Shown: positions 9,137 through 17,437 of the stretch, piece by piece
Layout: each line of letters begins with the position of its first letter
Numbering within the stretch: the stretch's first letter is position 1
Source of the DNA: an uncultured archaeon
Lineage (GTDB): Archaea > Asgardarchaeota > Lokiarchaeia > Sigyniarchaeales > SOKP01
DNA length: 18,596 bases
NCBI GenBank assembly: GCA_964388035.1
Contig: CAYLZE010000104.1
Coordinates: forward strand, 1-18,596
Direction of reading: 5' to 3'
Translations under genes and position numbers: made by a program
Notes under the pieces: model-generated
Told to the model about the DNA's origin: nothing
Databases searched by the model: none
The model's input: the letters and a program-made list of their open reading frames with translations, nothing else

Positions 9137-10354
9137 TTGAAGATAGATTATACTTCGTATAAAGATGTAGACCTAAAAGGAAAAAAAGTGCTGATGCGTG
9201 TTGATATTAATTCTAACATCGATATGGAGCATCATAAAATAACTAGATCCCCACGAATAGAAGCATTAATTCCTGCATTAAAAGAATTAAAAGATAGTGC
9301 TATCGTTCTCTTAGCACATCAATCACGTCCCGGAGAGAAAGATTTTATTGATCTTGACCTGCATGCCAAAGAAATTGAATCCAAATTAGGAAAACCCGTA
9401 AAATTTGTAAAGGATATTTTCGGTGACGCGGCTCAAAAAGCTATTAAGGAGTTGAAACCGGGGGAAGTATTAGTTCTAAATAACGTGAGAAAGTGGGCCC
9501 CCGAAAATAAAGAAGTAAAGAACTTTGAGGATGCCGAAAAATTAGAATTGATTCAAAAATTAGCTCCGTTGTTTGACTATGTAATACAAGATGCATTTGG
9601 AGCTGCTCATCGTGCTCAGCCTTCCATAATCGGCTGGCCTAAAATGTTAGCAGGTCCTATAACAGTAAAAGAATTATATGCGCTAAAAAAGATTATCGAT
9701 CAACCAGATAAACCGATGGCAATGCTCATAGGAGGAGCAAAAGCGATAGACAAGTTTAAAGCCATGGAATATTGCTTTGAAAATGGAAAATTGGATTACG
9801 CCTTACTTTCAGGATTAACCGCAATTTTAATCTTCGAAGCAATAGGAAAAAGCATGGGCCAAGTGAACCATAATATTATAGCAAAAGATTTAGAAGCTAA
9901 TAATGAGATAATCAAAACTACCTACAATAAGTTTAAGGACAAAATAACTCTTCCAAAAGATTTAGTCATCGATGATAATGGCAAGAGAAAAATTATCGGA
10001 ATCGACGAGGCCGCAAAGTACAACACTACTACTGGAGATATAGGAGATAAAACCGAAGCAGCGTTCAAAGAAATCATGAATAAATGTAAAACCATCGTGG
10101 CAAATGGACCCCCAGGTATTTTTGAGAAGGAAGTGTTTAAAAAGGCAACGTTTGACATGGTAGATATAATGGCTGATGTAACAAAGAAAGGAACGTTTAC
10201 CATTATAGGAGGAGGAGAAATGGGTGCTGCCGCCGAGATGTCTGGAAAGGCAGATAAAGTCTCGTTCATATCCACCGCGGGGGGAGCCATGCTCGAAATC
10301 CTTTCGGGAAAAGATTTGCCCATGATTAAAGCATTAAGAGAAAAAAAAGCGTGA
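9137..10354 (+). CDS. pgk: Phosphoglycerate kinase (archaeal type)
   Basis: DLKGKKVLMRVDINS, LAHQSRPG, NNVR, DAFGAAHRAQPS, GGAK, NGPPGIFE, IIGGG, ISTAGGAMLE. TTG start preceded by AAGTGAT. Confidence 0.95.
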   Translation: MKIDYTSYKDVDLKGKKVLMRVDINSNIDMEHHKITRSPRIEALIPALKELKDSAIVLLAHQSRPGEKDFIDLDLHAKEIESKLGKPVKFVKDIFGDAAQKAIKELKPGEVLVLNNVRKWAPENKEVKNFEDAEKLELIQKLAPLFDYVIQDAFGAAHRAQPSIIGWPKMLAGPITVKELYALKKIIDQPDKPMAMLIGGAKAIDKFKAMEYCFENGKLDYALLSGLTAILIFEAIGKSMGQVNHNIIAKDLEANNEIIKTTYNKFKDKITLPKDLVIDDNGKRKIIGIDEAAKYNTTTGDIGDKTEAAFKEIMNKCKTIVANGPPGIFEKEVFKKATFDMVDIMADVTKKGTFTIIGGGEMGAAAEMSGKADKVSFISTAGGAMLEILSGKDLPMIKALREKKA

Positions 10355-10643
10355 GAAAATAGTCCAAATCTTAAAATTTCTTTTTCTTTATTTTGTTTCA
10401 ATTTACATGGAATATATTCTTAACAAAATGAATTCGTGTTTTGCTTAAATTAGAATTTTCCTCTGATCCCGTATACTTGACATTTAGGGGAAAAATTATT
10501 TTGGATCTTTCACTTTCCGTATCATAAAAACTAATGATTTTTGGGGATATTTTAAATCATTTCAATGGAAAAAAAATACGAAAAATTCTGAAAAAATATT
10601 TTTCGGTTTAATAGCAATTGGAACATTTTACCATTTCTAATTC

Positions 10644-11264
10644 ATGCCATTTTACTCAGATTCCTTTCAGGACCAAGTACAAATGATCTTGAATTGGATA
10701 AGCATTCCTTTTTATAGTATTTTAGGATATATAGGGTTAAAATTATTTGAAGAAAAGGCAGGATTTCTTGACATGTTGGACAAGGAAGTCACATCGAAAA
10801 ACCGAGTGATTTTTCCCTTAATCTTAGGTGTGATTTTTGCAATAGGTGCCATTATTTTCGACTTATTAAATCCCTATAGTGTTCCTGTCTTGCCCCTACC
10901 CTATTCAATTCCCTATTGGATTTATGTTGCTATTTTTGATGAGTTCTTCTGGCGCATGTTCGTTGCCACTTTTTTGATTTGGTTAATATCATTTAAGGTT
11001 ATGGGAGATAAGCATCAAGAAATCGTGTTTTGGGGCATAGCTTTCTTAGAAGCGGTATTGTACATGTTTCTACAGTTTAACATGTTCACCCAAATGGTTG
11101 GCCCAGTAACTTCTATTTTATTCGCTCAAATTATACTCATAAGTGGAGGTTACATGGTCGCTGCTTGCTATTCCTATAGAAAGGGTGGATTTTTAGCAGT
11201 AATGATACTTCGATTAACTCAATACATGATCTATCACGTTATTTATGGTAGCATTGCCTTTTAG
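10644..11264 (+). CDS. Membrane protein, degenerate CPBP (Abi/CAAX protease II)-like
   Basis: About 6-7 TM segments. AIFDEFFWR resembles CPBP motif 1 (EExxxR), but the positions expected to hold the motif His residues read YMFLQ and MILR. Confidence 0.55.
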   Translation: MPFYSDSFQDQVQMILNWISIPFYSILGYIGLKLFEEKAGFLDMLDKEVTSKNRVIFPLILGVIFAIGAIIFDLLNPYSVPVLPLPYSIPYWIYVAIFDEFFWRMFVATFLIWLISFKVMGDKHQEIVFWGIAFLEAVLYMFLQFNMFTQMVGPVTSILFAQIILISGGYMVAACYSYRKGGFLAVMILRLTQYMIYHVIYGSIAF

Positions 11265-11477
11265 GGAGTAATACCATTTTTTAAATAATTTTTATTTTTA
11301 GCACTATTTAATTTTTCTTTAAATTTTTAATGTTTATTTCAGCCATCCAAATGTTTCTTTACTATTGTCAATTTCATGATAAAATATTTATCCTTTCATG
11401 ATATACAATACATACCAACGTTTCAATAAGGTTATTATTGGATAAATTCTTACAAAAATTGAATAAAAAACCCACTC

Positions 11478-11579
11478 GGGCCGATAGTCTAGTGGTATGA
11501 CGTTCGCTTGACGTGGTGGTTAATTTCCTAGCCACAATCGAAATGCGAAAGGTCGGGAGTTCAATCCTCCCTCGGCCCA
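11478..11579 (+). tRNA. tRNA-Val(GAC) with a 30-nt intron at canonical position 37/38 (intron 11514-11543)
   Basis: Acceptor GGGCCGA/TCGGCCC plus discriminator A. D arm GTCT-AGTGGTA-TGAC. Anticodon stem TTCGC/GCGAA with GAC at 11510-11512. T arm GGGAG-TTCAATC-CTCCC. Central splice helix TTGA:TCGA with a 3-nt bulge AA|T, and intron hairpin GTGGTTA/TAGCCAC. CCA is not encoded. Confidence 0.95.
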
Positions 11580-11784
11580 TCTAATTTTTTATTCTATTAA
11601 ATATTAACATGACTTATCATAAAGGCTTTAAATCTTTAATTTCCTATGCAAAATAAGTTTAATCTCAGTAATTTCCTTTAACTTTATCCAATTCGAAGTA
11701 CTTTAATTCAATGGGAATTATAGTTTTATTAATGAAATTATAATTTACTAAAAAGATATTTATTAAAATGAGGTAGAATTTTTT

Positions 11785-12555
11785 TTGCAAACCGTTTCTA
11801 TTACAGATTTATCTTTAGAGCAAACCATTTCGGGATTAGGCTCATTAATTTTTGCAATCTTTTCAATAATTCTTGGCGTTAGGATAATTATGAATTATTT
11901 TATCGTAAAGAAGAGCATGGGCTTGAAACGCAAGGAGTTTATTTCAGTGGGACTTACATGGATTTTTCTTAGCTCGGCATGGTGGGGCGGCGGTTTTTGC
12001 TTTTTATCAATAGTCATTTTTCAGTATGCTTTTAGCATTCCCCTATATCTTTTTTTAGGAATCACATTCATCCCTTTTGCCTTAATCTTTTGGGTATATT
12101 CTTTCTTTCATTTATATTTAAAAAATCGACTTGCTTTAAAAAATGATCTTTCACTGTATATATTCATAATTTGTTGTTTAATATATTGGCTTGCCCTTAT
12201 GATTCTGCTATTTTATGATGACAAGCTTGTAGGAACTTACACGATCTTTCAAATTAGACCAGCCCTATTGCCTTTAATCTTTGAAATAGTTGCAATATTT
12301 TTTGCAGTAATTACTGGTGTTATTTTCTCTCTTCAAAGCATTAAGTCTCATGACAAAAAGATTGCGTGGAAAGGTCGCTTTCTCTTACTTGGATTTCTCT
12401 TATTTACCATCGGCGCCTTTTTAGAAGTCTTAGTCCCTCTGAATCCAATAGGACTTGTTTTTGTAAGATTAATTTTAATTGCTAGTGCGGCGAGCTATTA
12501 TTTAGGATTTCTTTTGCCTAAATTTATTGAAAAACAATTAGTAAAGGCTAGCTAA
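11785..12555 (+). CDS. Seven-transmembrane protein of unknown function
   Basis: 256 aa with about 7 hydrophobic segments separated by basic loops. GAGGT RBS upstream of the TTG start. Confidence 0.75.
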   Translation: MQTVSITDLSLEQTISGLGSLIFAIFSIILGVRIIMNYFIVKKSMGLKRKEFISVGLTWIFLSSAWWGGGFCFLSIVIFQYAFSIPLYLFLGITFIPFALIFWVYSFFHLYLKNRLALKNDLSLYIFIICCLIYWLALMILLFYDDKLVGTYTIFQIRPALLPLIFEIVAIFFAVITGVIFSLQSIKSHDKKIAWKGRFLLLGFLLFTIGAFLEVLVPLNPIGLVFVRLILIASAASYYLGFLLPKFIEKQLVKAS

Positions 12556-12882
12556 TATTGCCAAGGAAAGTCTAGCAATGATTTCTATGAATCTGAAAAT
12601 TCATACTTTTACTAAATTATAATAAATTATTTTTTTAATTCTCTCTCACTATAAATCACTAAAAGTATCAATAATGACATTGCTTGTTAAATCAATTCCG
12701 ATTATTTTAGCATTATTACTCCTAAATGTAAAATATCCCCCGGATTACGATAGAATTTTACTAATCTTGTGATTACTAATTTATGTTAATAAAAACCATA
12801 GCTTTTTTTATTTTTCCTTCCCTTATTTAGAGTGATATTAAACTTATTTAGAAGCTAACAAATATATAACGTCATATTTTTC

Positions 12883-13362
12883 ATGCCAATTCGAATTCCT
12901 TGGTCCCAGAGAGAATATCTCGGAATCGCATTCATGCTATTTGGAATGTGTGGATTCATTCAAATCTTAATTATTTTCATCGCACAGTATTTTTTAAGCG
13001 TGGGAAATTATTTAATTGTTATTTTAATCCCGATCGGAGTTATCCTGGCAACATTCTATGCCACTATTTTAATTTTTGAGAGTTTTGCTCAAACCGAGCG
13101 GAGAAAAAAGTTAAAAGATCAATTTCGGCAGCTAAAAAGAGCTAAAACCTTGTGGAATGACTTTCTATTTTTTCCCATCACTCGTCCATTATTGGTAATG
13201 CTCGGGATGTTTATTCCTTGTTATATAATCACCTATTACGTGTGTCTCTTTTTTTTAGAAAATATTGTATCCTTTGTAGTGGCAGAGAACGTGGCAGCCA
13301 TCGCCTGCTTGCTATTAGCAAATCTTTTAGAAAGATATCATGGAAAAGTGAAGAGAGTATAA
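12883..13362 (+). CDS. Four-TM membrane protein of unknown function
   Basis: 159 aa: two TM hairpins separated by a basic loop (ERRKKLKDQFRQLKRAK). Confidence 0.75.
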   Translation: MPIRIPWSQREYLGIAFMLFGMCGFIQILIIFIAQYFLSVGNYLIVILIPIGVILATFYATILIFESFAQTERRKKLKDQFRQLKRAKTLWNDFLFFPITRPLLVMLGMFIPCYIITYYVCLFFLENIVSFVVAENVAAIACLLLANLLERYHGKVKRV

Positions 13363-13626
13363 TCGCACGGTCTTTATAATTAATTGGTTTATAAGGCCTT
13401 ATCCATTAAATCTTTAATTCCTCTCGATCACTAATTTTTTCTCATATTTTGCTCATAGGAAAAAAAAATACCCTCTTTCAGAGAATAGTTTCAGAATTTC
13501 ATCTATTTCTAATTGTGTTTCTTCAACATCTTAGGATGATAGAGGAGAACATATATTAAACCATAATACTATATTTAATTATTCAAGTTGTATTTTAACA
13601 TTTTTGAGGAAAGTATAAGAATAAAC

Positions 13627-14475
13627 ATGAGTGTTGAAATTCGTTGTCCCATTTGTTCAAAACGGGGGACATTTACAATTTCAGAGGACTCTTTAAAGAA
13701 CGTGGAGCGGGGTTTATTAGCAGTAAATATAGCAGAGGGAATCGTATGCGAACATTCCTTTATTGCTTATGTCGATAAGAACCTGCAAGTACGTGATTAT
13801 TTCATGGCAGATTTTCAACTTGAAATGCCTGCAATAGAAGAAGTGAAGGAGGACGCTAAGAAAAGGATACCACCTAAAGAACAACTGGATATAGATTTGA
13901 TTAAGCTCAATATTACCCCCTCATTCCTTGTTTATGCAATCAGGATGATTTTCCACAAGAAAAGTCCTATTTTTATATTAAAAGAGGCATTTTTAAAGAA
14001 TCACTTGCTTACTTTTTTTGCTTTTATCACGGAGAATTCTTTTGATTTTGATTCTACCTTTCTAGATGAGGAAGAATACCAGAAGCAAAAGAGGGAATTG
14101 AAGAAAAGGATCATTTTTAAAGGAAAAGATGTTATTAACGACCCCGAGAAGGTTGCAGATTTAAAAAAGATGAACGTGGAGCAAAGCATGATTCAGATGT
14201 TTTATGCAGAGCCTGATGAAAGTACGAGTTTAATCCTTTTGAAGAATGAAATACAAAAAATACATGAAATGACGAAAATGTTAATAGACTTTATTGATCA
14301 AGAAGAGGACAAGGAGATCTTGAATACAAAAAAAATGATAGAACGGCTGACCTCAGAATATCACCAGAAAATTTCTATTAAGTTCTTTGATTTTTTATTA
14401 GACGTGATTGAATATTATTTTGAAAAAGAAATCCCTAATACTTCTAAGGTATCCGATTTTTTGGATCTTTTTTAA
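13627..14475 (+). CDS. Zn-finger (CxxC...CxH) domain protein, paralog 1 (start revised from TTG 13588 to ATG 13627)
   Basis: Starting at ATG 13627 gives MSVEIRCPIC and 282 aa, the same length as and colinear with 14704..15552. Motifs CPIC and CEHSFIAYVDKNLQVRDY. Confidence 0.8.
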   Translation: MSVEIRCPICSKRGTFTISEDSLKNVERGLLAVNIAEGIVCEHSFIAYVDKNLQVRDYFMADFQLEMPAIEEVKEDAKKRIPPKEQLDIDLIKLNITPSFLVYAIRMIFHKKSPIFILKEAFLKNHLLTFFAFITENSFDFDSTFLDEEEYQKQKRELKKRIIFKGKDVINDPEKVADLKKMNVEQSMIQMFYAEPDESTSLILLKNEIQKIHEMTKMLIDFIDQEEDKEILNTKKMIERLTSEYHQKISIKFFDFLLDVIEYYFEKEIPNTSKVSDFLDLF

Positions 14476-14703
14476 TCTTTCCCGTTTAATGATGATACCA
14501 TCTTTCATGCCTTGTAATGATAGCATTTTGATTTATTTTTACTTTCTTTAGTAAGTTGCTTGCACGATAAGTATAAAAATACGTGTTTTATACTGTATAT
14601 ATATATTCACATAAATCTTCAAACTTTAAATAAAAATGTAATTTTCAATTATTGAGATTCGGTTTTTATTATTATCAAAAAAAGTAAGTGAGAGAGTAGA
14701 GAA

Positions 14704-15552
14704 ATGAGTGTTGATATCCGTTGTCCAAGTTGTTCAAAACGAGGAAAGATTGAGGTATCTCAAGATTCACTCAAAAATGTAACGCGTGGCTTGCTAGCCG
14801 TGAACGTTTCAAAAGGGCTCGTCTGCGATCACTCGTTTATTGCTTATATTGATAAAAATTTGCAAGTGCGCGATTACTTCATGGCGGATTTTCACCTCGA
14901 ACTGCCCGTCATAGCAGAAGTAAAAGAGGACGCTAAGAAAAAGATACCGCCTAAAGAGCAACTCGATATCGATATTATTAAATTGAATATAACCCCTTCT
15001 CTCTTGACATACTTAATTAAAATGATTTTTCTGAAGAAAAATCCCGTGATCCTTATCGATGAAGCGTTTATAAAACAGAATCTTCAAGCTTTTTATAAAT
15101 TCATCACGGAAAATTCATTTGACTATAATTTTACCTACATGAATGAGGAAGAATATAAGAAGCAAAAGAAGGACCTTAAGGAAAGAATCGTGTTTAAAGG
15201 AAAAGAAATCGTCAATGATAAAGAAAATATCGTCGATCTGAAGAAATCTCATGTAGAGCAAAGCATGATTCAGAAATTTTTTGCGGAACTTGATGCAAGT
15301 ACGAGCTTGATCATTATAAAAAATGAAATACAGAAATTTTATGAATTAGCCAAGAATTTAATGGGTTTTATCGAACAAACGGAAAATAAGGATACGCTGA
15401 ATTCTAAAAAAATGATTGATTTCTTGAGCAAGGAGTATCAGGAAAAATTCTCCGTGAAAATCCTTGATTTTCTCTTGGAAATCATTGAAAACTATTTTGG
15501 AATGGAAGTACCCAAAAAATCCAACGTGTCAGATTTTCTCGGCTTCTTATAA
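14704..15552 (+). CDS. Zn-finger (CxxC...CxH) domain protein, paralog 2
   Basis: 282 aa with CPSC and CDHSFIAYIDKNLQVRDY. About 65% identical to paralog 1 by manual ungapped count. Confidence 0.85.
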   Translation: MSVDIRCPSCSKRGKIEVSQDSLKNVTRGLLAVNVSKGLVCDHSFIAYIDKNLQVRDYFMADFHLELPVIAEVKEDAKKKIPPKEQLDIDIIKLNITPSLLTYLIKMIFLKKNPVILIDEAFIKQNLQAFYKFITENSFDYNFTYMNEEEYKKQKKDLKERIVFKGKEIVNDKENIVDLKKSHVEQSMIQKFFAELDASTSLIIIKNEIQKFYELAKNLMGFIEQTENKDTLNSKKMIDFLSKEYQEKFSVKILDFLLEIIENYFGMEVPKKSNVSDFLGFL

Positions 15553-15897
15553 TTGCCATTCCGCAATAGACTAAAAAGGAAGGGGATAATTTCCACGCTA
15601 TTTCCCATTTGATCCTTAATTTATTGTAAAAGTAATAAAAAGTAGAATATAATCTATTCCTTCTCGTTTCAATTCAAACCAGAGAAACTTGAGCCTTCTT
15701 ATAAAGGAAAATATTATCTGGAGCCATGCATATCCTCATGAAACGCATCTTTCACGATCTTTTAATTAAGAATAATTGGATGATAGATATCCGATTATTA
15801 ATATAGAACCAATATAAAGCTTTTGAGAGGATGAACTTGAAATACTTTTTAAGAGAGAGAGGATAAAGAAGCAATAATACTTTCCAAATGGAAAAAT

Positions 15898-16146
15898 CTA
15901 TTGATCCGTATCCGAGAAGTTGTTTTTTAATTTATCCCTCAAACTCGTGAGCTCTTTTAATTTCTCTGTCAATTCTTGGAGCTTATCCGCTCGGTTTTTG
16001 GTAATCGCATCCAATTCCTTCAATCTTTCTTGCAAAAGTATCCTATTTTTTTCCAAGATTTCTAACCAAAGTACTTCCCTTTCTTTAGGATCCTCCATTT
16101 CTTGCAGTTTGTCGTATAATCGTTTCAATTCTTCCATGAAAGTCAA
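15898..16146 (-). CDS. Small coiled-coil protein (alternative start ATG 16137)
   Basis: 82 aa, strongly E/K/L-rich with heptad Leu periodicity, immediately downstream of tRNA-Gly on the same strand. Confidence 0.65.
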   Translation of the reverse strand: MTFMEELKRLYDKLQEMEDPKEREVLWLEILEKNRILLQERLKELDAITKNRADKLQELTEKLKELTSLRDKLKNNFSDTDQ

Positions 16147-16235
16147 ATCCGTTTAAGTCAGATAGATCATGGGGTTAGGACTATTAAAGTTATCTCTGAT
16201 TAGGAAAATTAAAAAGTAGGAATAGAAAAGTAAAA

Positions 16236-16354
16236 TGCGCCCTCCGGGGTTCTCGCAATGCTCGAAGCGAGTCAAATTATCGAACCCGGGTCACCAGGTT
16301 GGCAACCTGGTATAAATGTGGGTATGTTCCAACCTACCACTATACAAAGAGCGC
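16236..16354 (-). tRNA. tRNA-Gly(GCC) with two non-canonical introns: 19 nt at 21/22 (16334-16316) and 29 nt at 59/60 (16278-16250)
   Basis: Joining exons 16354-16335, 16315-16279 and 16249-16236 gives a 71-nt cloverleaf: GCGCTCT TT GTAT AGTGGTA TTAT A CCAGG TTGCCAA CCTGG TGAC CCGGG TTCGATC CCCGG AGGGCGC A. Anticodon GCC is at 16303-16301. Both junction pairs form BHB-type motifs. Confidence 0.92.
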
Positions 16355-16656
16355 CTTGATGAATATATAATTTAAAGGAATAGAAAGAAATAAAATTTAT
16401 TATTTCTGTACTTTAATAATTAGTTGTTTAGAATGCTAATTTTGGGTTGAAGATTTACTTCAATTCAGACTTCCTTAATTCTTTATGGAAGTAGGACAAA
16501 AGGCTCCATGTTCGTTGATATAAGGAAAATATATTAAATTTATGGATATGATATTAATTCATATTTGTATAAAGACTATATGATGAAAAAATAAATTATT
16601 TAAATAAGTCCTAATTACTTTTTATTAATTTTAAGCAAAGAGTTTGATGAAATCAC

Positions 16657-17253
16657 ATGTTAACAAAAATATCCAATTGGTTTTATAAAGTTGCTAAAGT
16701 TAAATGGATATTATCAATTCTACTTGCCTTTATCTCATGTATTCTCTTATATCCCGTTATTTATATCATATATCCAAACGCTATAGATTTTGTTTCTTTA
16801 GACGACTTAACTTTCTATAATTTGCAAGAAACCTACTTAATTTTAAAATCTTGGGGTAATGAAGGACGTGCATTAGAGTTATGGTTCCACTTAATATGGG
16901 ATACTATCGTGCCAATTTTATATTCTTTATTTTTTGCCTTATTAATATCTTGGTTTTTTCAACGAGGGTTTAATCCGACAAGTAAATTATATCGACTGAA
17001 TGCTATCGCAATTTTAGGTGGCTTTTTCGATATAATGGAAAACGTTTGCATTGAAATAATGATTGCATTTTATCCCACCCAATTAATCAGTATTTTCTGG
17101 TTAAAAACAGTATTTACAATGAGCAAATATATTTTTGGAGTCGTCCTTATATTCTTTATTTTAATTGGATTAGTTAAAGTAATCATGGTTGGGTTAAAGC
17201 ATCAAGAGGATCCTGTAAGCAAAAAGAATAATATAAATACCGATGATATATAA
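16657..17253 (+). CDS. Four-TM membrane protein of unknown function
   Basis: 198 aa with 4 hydrophobic segments and conserved-looking polar motifs (LDDLTFY, WGNEGR, DTIVPILY, FDIMEN). Confidence 0.75.
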   Translation: MLTKISNWFYKVAKVKWILSILLAFISCILLYPVIYIIYPNAIDFVSLDDLTFYNLQETYLILKSWGNEGRALELWFHLIWDTIVPILYSLFFALLISWFFQRGFNPTSKLYRLNAIAILGGFFDIMENVCIEIMIAFYPTQLISIFWLKTVFTMSKYIFGVVLIFFILIGLVKVIMVGLKHQEDPVSKKNNINTDDI

Positions 17254-17379
17254 TTTTTTATATTAAAGTGATCATAACGTTATCTACTTGAAAAAAGCAC
17301 ATGGAGATCCTAAAAATATTATCAAAATAGTACAGATATTTTACTAAAAATTCTAACTTACAAGCGAAAGAGAATGCGA

Positions 17380-17401
17380 TTTTTTTTTTTTAAAAAAAAA
17401 A
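17380..17401. terminator. Candidate bidirectional oligo-U terminator (T12 followed by A10)
   Basis: T12A10 lies between the convergent stop codons at 17253 (+) and 17438 (-), giving a U-tract on each strand as expected for archaeal intrinsic termination. Confidence 0.5.
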
Positions 17402-17437
17402 TGAAAATGTTATTTTTTCTTAAGGAATTAGTAAAAT

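Noticed and set aside
9922-10401. 159-aa minus-strand ORF
   Set aside because: It is antisense to the conserved C-terminal half of pgk.
11516-11540. Possible nested intron inside the tRNA-Val intron (GTGG/CCAC helix followed by AAT, echoing the tRNA-Gly D-loop BHB)
   Set aside because: The helix continues as a simple 7-bp hairpin with no 5' bulge, so a single 30-nt intron explains it.
11374-11580. 68-aa minus-strand ORF (MGRGRIELPTF...)
   Set aside because: It is the antisense reading of tRNA-Val(GAC), a typical tRNA shadow ORF.
12734-12743. ATCCCCCGGA, loosely like the spliced tRNA-Gly 3' end (possible att site)
   Set aside because: It is too short and imperfect, lies in the opposite orientation to the tRNA gene, and no integrase is present.
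13588-13626. 13-aa N-terminal extension of paralog 1 from TTG 13588
   Set aside because: Homology with paralog 2 starts exactly at ATG 13627, which gives identical lengths.
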